From the NCBI GenBank assembly GCA_035514295.1, contig DATKBB010000116.1, positions 8,496-72,495 on the forward strand: a stretch of DNA of 64,000 nucleotides, written 5' to 3'. The notes under the pieces were generated by a model, which made no database searches, was not told the origin of the DNA, and saw only the letters and a program-made list of their open reading frames with translations. Shown piece after piece: positions 61,942-64,000 of the stretch (within the stretch, counting starts at the first letter, position 1; every line of letters begins with the position of its first letter). The position numbers were made by a program, and so were the translations under genes. Origin of the DNA: Candidatus Limnocylindria bacterium. Lineage in GTDB: Bacteria > Chloroflexota > Limnocylindria > Limnocylindrales > CSP1-4.

Positions 61942-64000
61942 ATGCGCATCAGCCGCCTGCGCCTGCACAACGTCAAACGCCACGCCGATCTCACGCTGGA
62001 GTTCGCGCCGGGCCTGACCGTCGTGCGCGGCCCCAACGAAGCGGGCAAGAGCACGCTCCAGCGAGCGATCGAGATCTGCCTCTTCCGCAAGCCCACCTCG
62101 ACCGCGCAGGAGCTCGATGGCGTGCGCCGCTGGGGAGCAGCTAGCGATCCGCGTATCGAGCTGGACTTCGAGGAGGAGGGTGCCGAGGGCGAGCTGGTGA
62201 AGGTCTTCGCGGGCGCTCGAGGCACCGTCGAGCTGCGCTACGAGGACGCCGTGCTGACCGACCCGGGCGCCGTCGAGGAGGTCATCACGCGCCTGACCGG
62301 CCTGCCCTCTGAGCGCTTCTACCGTGCCACGGCGAGCATCCACCACCATGAGCTGGCCGGCCTGGACCACGACGAGCAGACCCTGCGCGACCGGCTCCAG
62401 CAATCGATGAGCGGCGCCGACCGGGGCACGCGCGCGGCGCGGCGCAAGCTCGAGGACGCCGCCAGGCGTTACCGCAGCGAGGGCCATAAGAACCCCGGCT
62501 ACCTGAAGGTCGCCCGCGCCGAGGTGGAGCGGCTGACGCAGGCTGTCGCCGAGGGCGACGCCGCGCTGGCCCAGCTCGAGCGCGACCGCCAGGCGCTGGC
62601 CGACGCGCGCGACAAGCGCGCCCTGGCCGAGGACCAGCTGGCCCAGTACCGCCAGGCCCTCGAGGCCAGCGAGCGGGCACTCAAGCTGGCTCGCCGGGCA
62701 GAAGAGGCCGCCCAGCGTTACGAGATCTACAAGCGGGCCGAGGAACTGCGCACGGAGGTGGTCGCCCTCGACGCTGCCCACCCGTCGGCCATGCCCCTGC
62801 CCGAGCTCAAGGCGGCAGTCGAGCGCATCCGCAACCAGGAGTACCGCCTGTCCGAGATTCGCGCGGAGCTAGCCGCCGAACCTGACCCCTCGACCTGGGA
62901 GGCAAGCCACGCGCAACCTCGCTGGCGGCTGGCGCTGGCCGCCGCCGGCATGCTGGCCGTGCTGTCCGTCGTCGGCTTGCTGGGCGGCGTGCTGGCCGGC
63001 GAGGCGTTGATCGGTGGCGTGCTGGCGGCCGTGCTTGCCGCCGGTGCGTTGGTGGCCGGGCTGGTCGCCCGCCGCATGCGCCGGGGGAACGCCACGACCA
63101 CACAGCAGCAGGAGCTGCGCGACATCGACATCGCCCGCCGGTTGCGCGGGCGCTCGGATCTCTTCGAGCAGGTGCGCGAGGTGGAGCGCGCCCGAGACGA
63201 GGCCGTGGCGGCGCTGGGCCTGCCCGACTTGGCCGCAGCCGAGGCACTGCTCGAAAAGGAGAGCGAACACGTCGCGCGCATCGACAACCTGCGTGCCGAG
63301 ATGCGCGGACTGCTGGGCGAGGAGCCCTCGGCCGATTCGTACGCGGAGTTCCGCGACGCGGCCGCCAACGAGGTCGACGAGTGCCGCCACGCGCTGGGCG
63401 GCATGGGCAAGATCGGCAGCGAGCCGGAGAAGAGCAACCAGGCCCTCAAGGGCGCCGTCGAGCGCGCCGGCCGAGAGCGCGAGGACGCCTTCAACGCCGA
63501 GGCCCAGGCGGATGCGCGGCTGGCCGCCAACGGCATCGACGCGGAGGAGGTGGCCGCCCTCGCCGAATCACTGAGCGCTCAGGAGGAGCGCCTGGCCGGC
63601 CTGGAGCGCCGGCTGCGCATCTACGAAACCATCCTGGCGGCGCTCGACGAGGCTGAGCGCTCGACGATGAAGAAGGCCGCCCGTTTCCTCGAGCAGCGCA
63701 TGGCGACCGACGTCGAGCGCATCACGGACGGCCGTTACCGGCGCCTGCGTGTGGACGAAGCCAAGCTGGCCTTCAGCGTGTACTCGGCCGAATCGGGCGA
63801 TTGGGTGGACGCCCTCGCTCTCTCGCGCGGCACCATCGACCAGCTCTACCTGTGTGCCAGGCTGGGCATCGTGCGCCAGGTAACGCAGCCGGCCAGCCCG
63901 CCCCTGGTCCTGGACGATCCGTTCGTGACCTTCGACGACGATCGCGCCCGGCGTGCGGTCGAGCTGCTGCGCTCGGCGGCCGGCGAGTACCAGATCATCC
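61942..64000 (+). CDS. Rad50/SbcC-like AAA ATPase of the YhaN type (partial, runs off the window end) with a central transmembrane hairpin
   Basis: Not in the ORF track because there is no stop in the window. My translation from the ATG at 61942 reads MRISRLRLHNVKRHADLTLEFAPGLTVVRGPNEAGKST, long coiled-coil regions, a hydrophobic hairpin at about 62920-63085, then LSRGTIDQLYL and PLVLDDPF (signature and Walker B). Confidence 0.8.
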   Translation, partial: MRISRLRLHNVKRHADLTLEFAPGLTVVRGPNEAGKSTLQRAIEICLFRKPTSTAQELDGVRRWGAASDPRIELDFEEEGAEGELVKVFAGARGTVELRYEDAVLTDPGAVEEVITRLTGLPSERFYRATASIHHHELAGLDHDEQTLRDRLQQSMSGADRGTRAARRKLEDAARRYRSEGHKNPGYLKVARAEVERLTQAVAEGDAALAQLERDRQALADARDKRALAEDQLAQYRQALEASERALKLARRAEEAAQRYEIYKRAEELRTEVVALDAAHPSAMPLPELKAAVERIRNQEYRLSEIRAELAAEPDPSTWEASHAQPRWRLALAAAGMLAVLSVVGLLGGVLAGEALIGGVLAAVLAAGALVAGLVARRMRRGNATTTQQQELRDIDIARRLRGRSDLFEQVREVERARDEAVAALGLPDLAAAEALLEKESEHVARIDNLRAEMRGLLGEEPSADSYAEFRDAAANEVDECRHALGGMGKIGSEPEKSNQALKGAVERAGREREDAFNAEAQADARLAANGIDAEEVAALAESLSAQEERLAGLERRLRIYETILAALDEAERSTMKKAARFLEQRMATDVERITDGRYRRLRVDEAKLAFSVYSAESGDWVDALALSRGTIDQLYLCARLGIVRQVTQPASPPLVLDDPFVTFDDDRARRAVELLRSAAGEYQII

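Noticed and set aside
60689-63536. Several 250-410-aa minus-strand and alternative-frame ORFs (60689-61891, 60694-61815, 61540-62781, 62727-63536) over the SbcD/YhaN genes
   Set aside because: Their translations are repetitive Arg/Pro/Ala/Ser strings. The plus-strand frames beginning at 60773 and 61942 contain phosphoesterase and ABC-type ATPase motifs.
60773-64000. SbcD-like plus SMC/Rad50-like ATPase considered as an anti-phage defence module (Lamassu, Gabija or OLD-like)
   Set aside because: The two-gene architecture with a TM-containing YhaN-type ATPase matches the widely conserved YhaO/YhaN (SbcF/SbcE) housekeeping-type pair. No additional effector, mobile-element or island signatures are nearby. 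I cannot exclude a defence role, but nothing in the sequence supports it.
1-64000. Mobile elements, prophage, tRNA/rRNA genes and genomic-island boundaries
   Set aside because: I found no transposase, integrase or recombinase motifs, no terminal inverted repeats, no tRNA-like cloverleaf in any spacer, and no abrupt compositional shift apart from short promoter-like AT-richer spacers.

Overview
High-GC (about two-thirds G+C by eye) bacterial chromosomal segment. It is densely coding: about 58 protein genes, strong GC3 bias, AGGAGG-type ribosome-binding sites and many ATGA/GTGA/TGATG start-stop overlaps. I recognised no rRNA, tRNA, CRISPR array, transposase, integrase or prophage gene. Lineage cannot be assigned from sequence alone; F420/LLM-type oxidoreductases, a MoaX-like fusion, Tad minor pilins and CoxD/CoxE-type genes suggest Actinomycetota or Chloroflexota/Thermomicrobia. 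Modules in order: (1) partial PPK2, an ALDH, a TadE-TadE-TadG trio, a Kef-type antiporter, an AlsS-like TPP enzyme and an LLM oxidoreductase. (2) An XRE regulator with an unassigned C-terminal domain, membrane proteins, a secreted putative clan-CD peptidase and a MoaD-MoaE fusion. (3) A nine-gene translationally coupled minus-strand operon (14.3-22.4 kb): Liv-type ABC importer, MoxR AAA+ ATPase, intradiol dioxygenase, CoA-transferase. (4) A nine-gene plus-strand operon (22.7-34.0 kb): redox and amidohydrolase enzymes plus a CUT2-type ABC importer whose ATPase is fused to a permease. (5) A hapCDEF/pnpCDEF-like hydroquinone ring-cleavage cluster with two regulators and a degenerate orphan ABC ATPase (34.0-41.7 kb). 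(6) An LLM oxidoreductase, an orphan CoxE-type VWA protein, an aminotransferase and a P5C-dehydrogenase-like ALDH. (7) The most unusual locus (48.5-60.0 kb): a glycan-assembly cluster with six PAPS-type sulfotransferase genes interleaved with GT2, GT4, GT26, a pyruvyl transferase and a Wzx flippase. This suggests a heavily sulfated, pyruvylated surface polysaccharide. (8) A small double zinc-ribbon gene and an SbcD/YhaO-like nuclease gene followed by a YhaN-like ATPase gene that has a transmembrane hairpin in place of a zinc hook. All functional calls come from motif and family recognition by eye; no database search was run.
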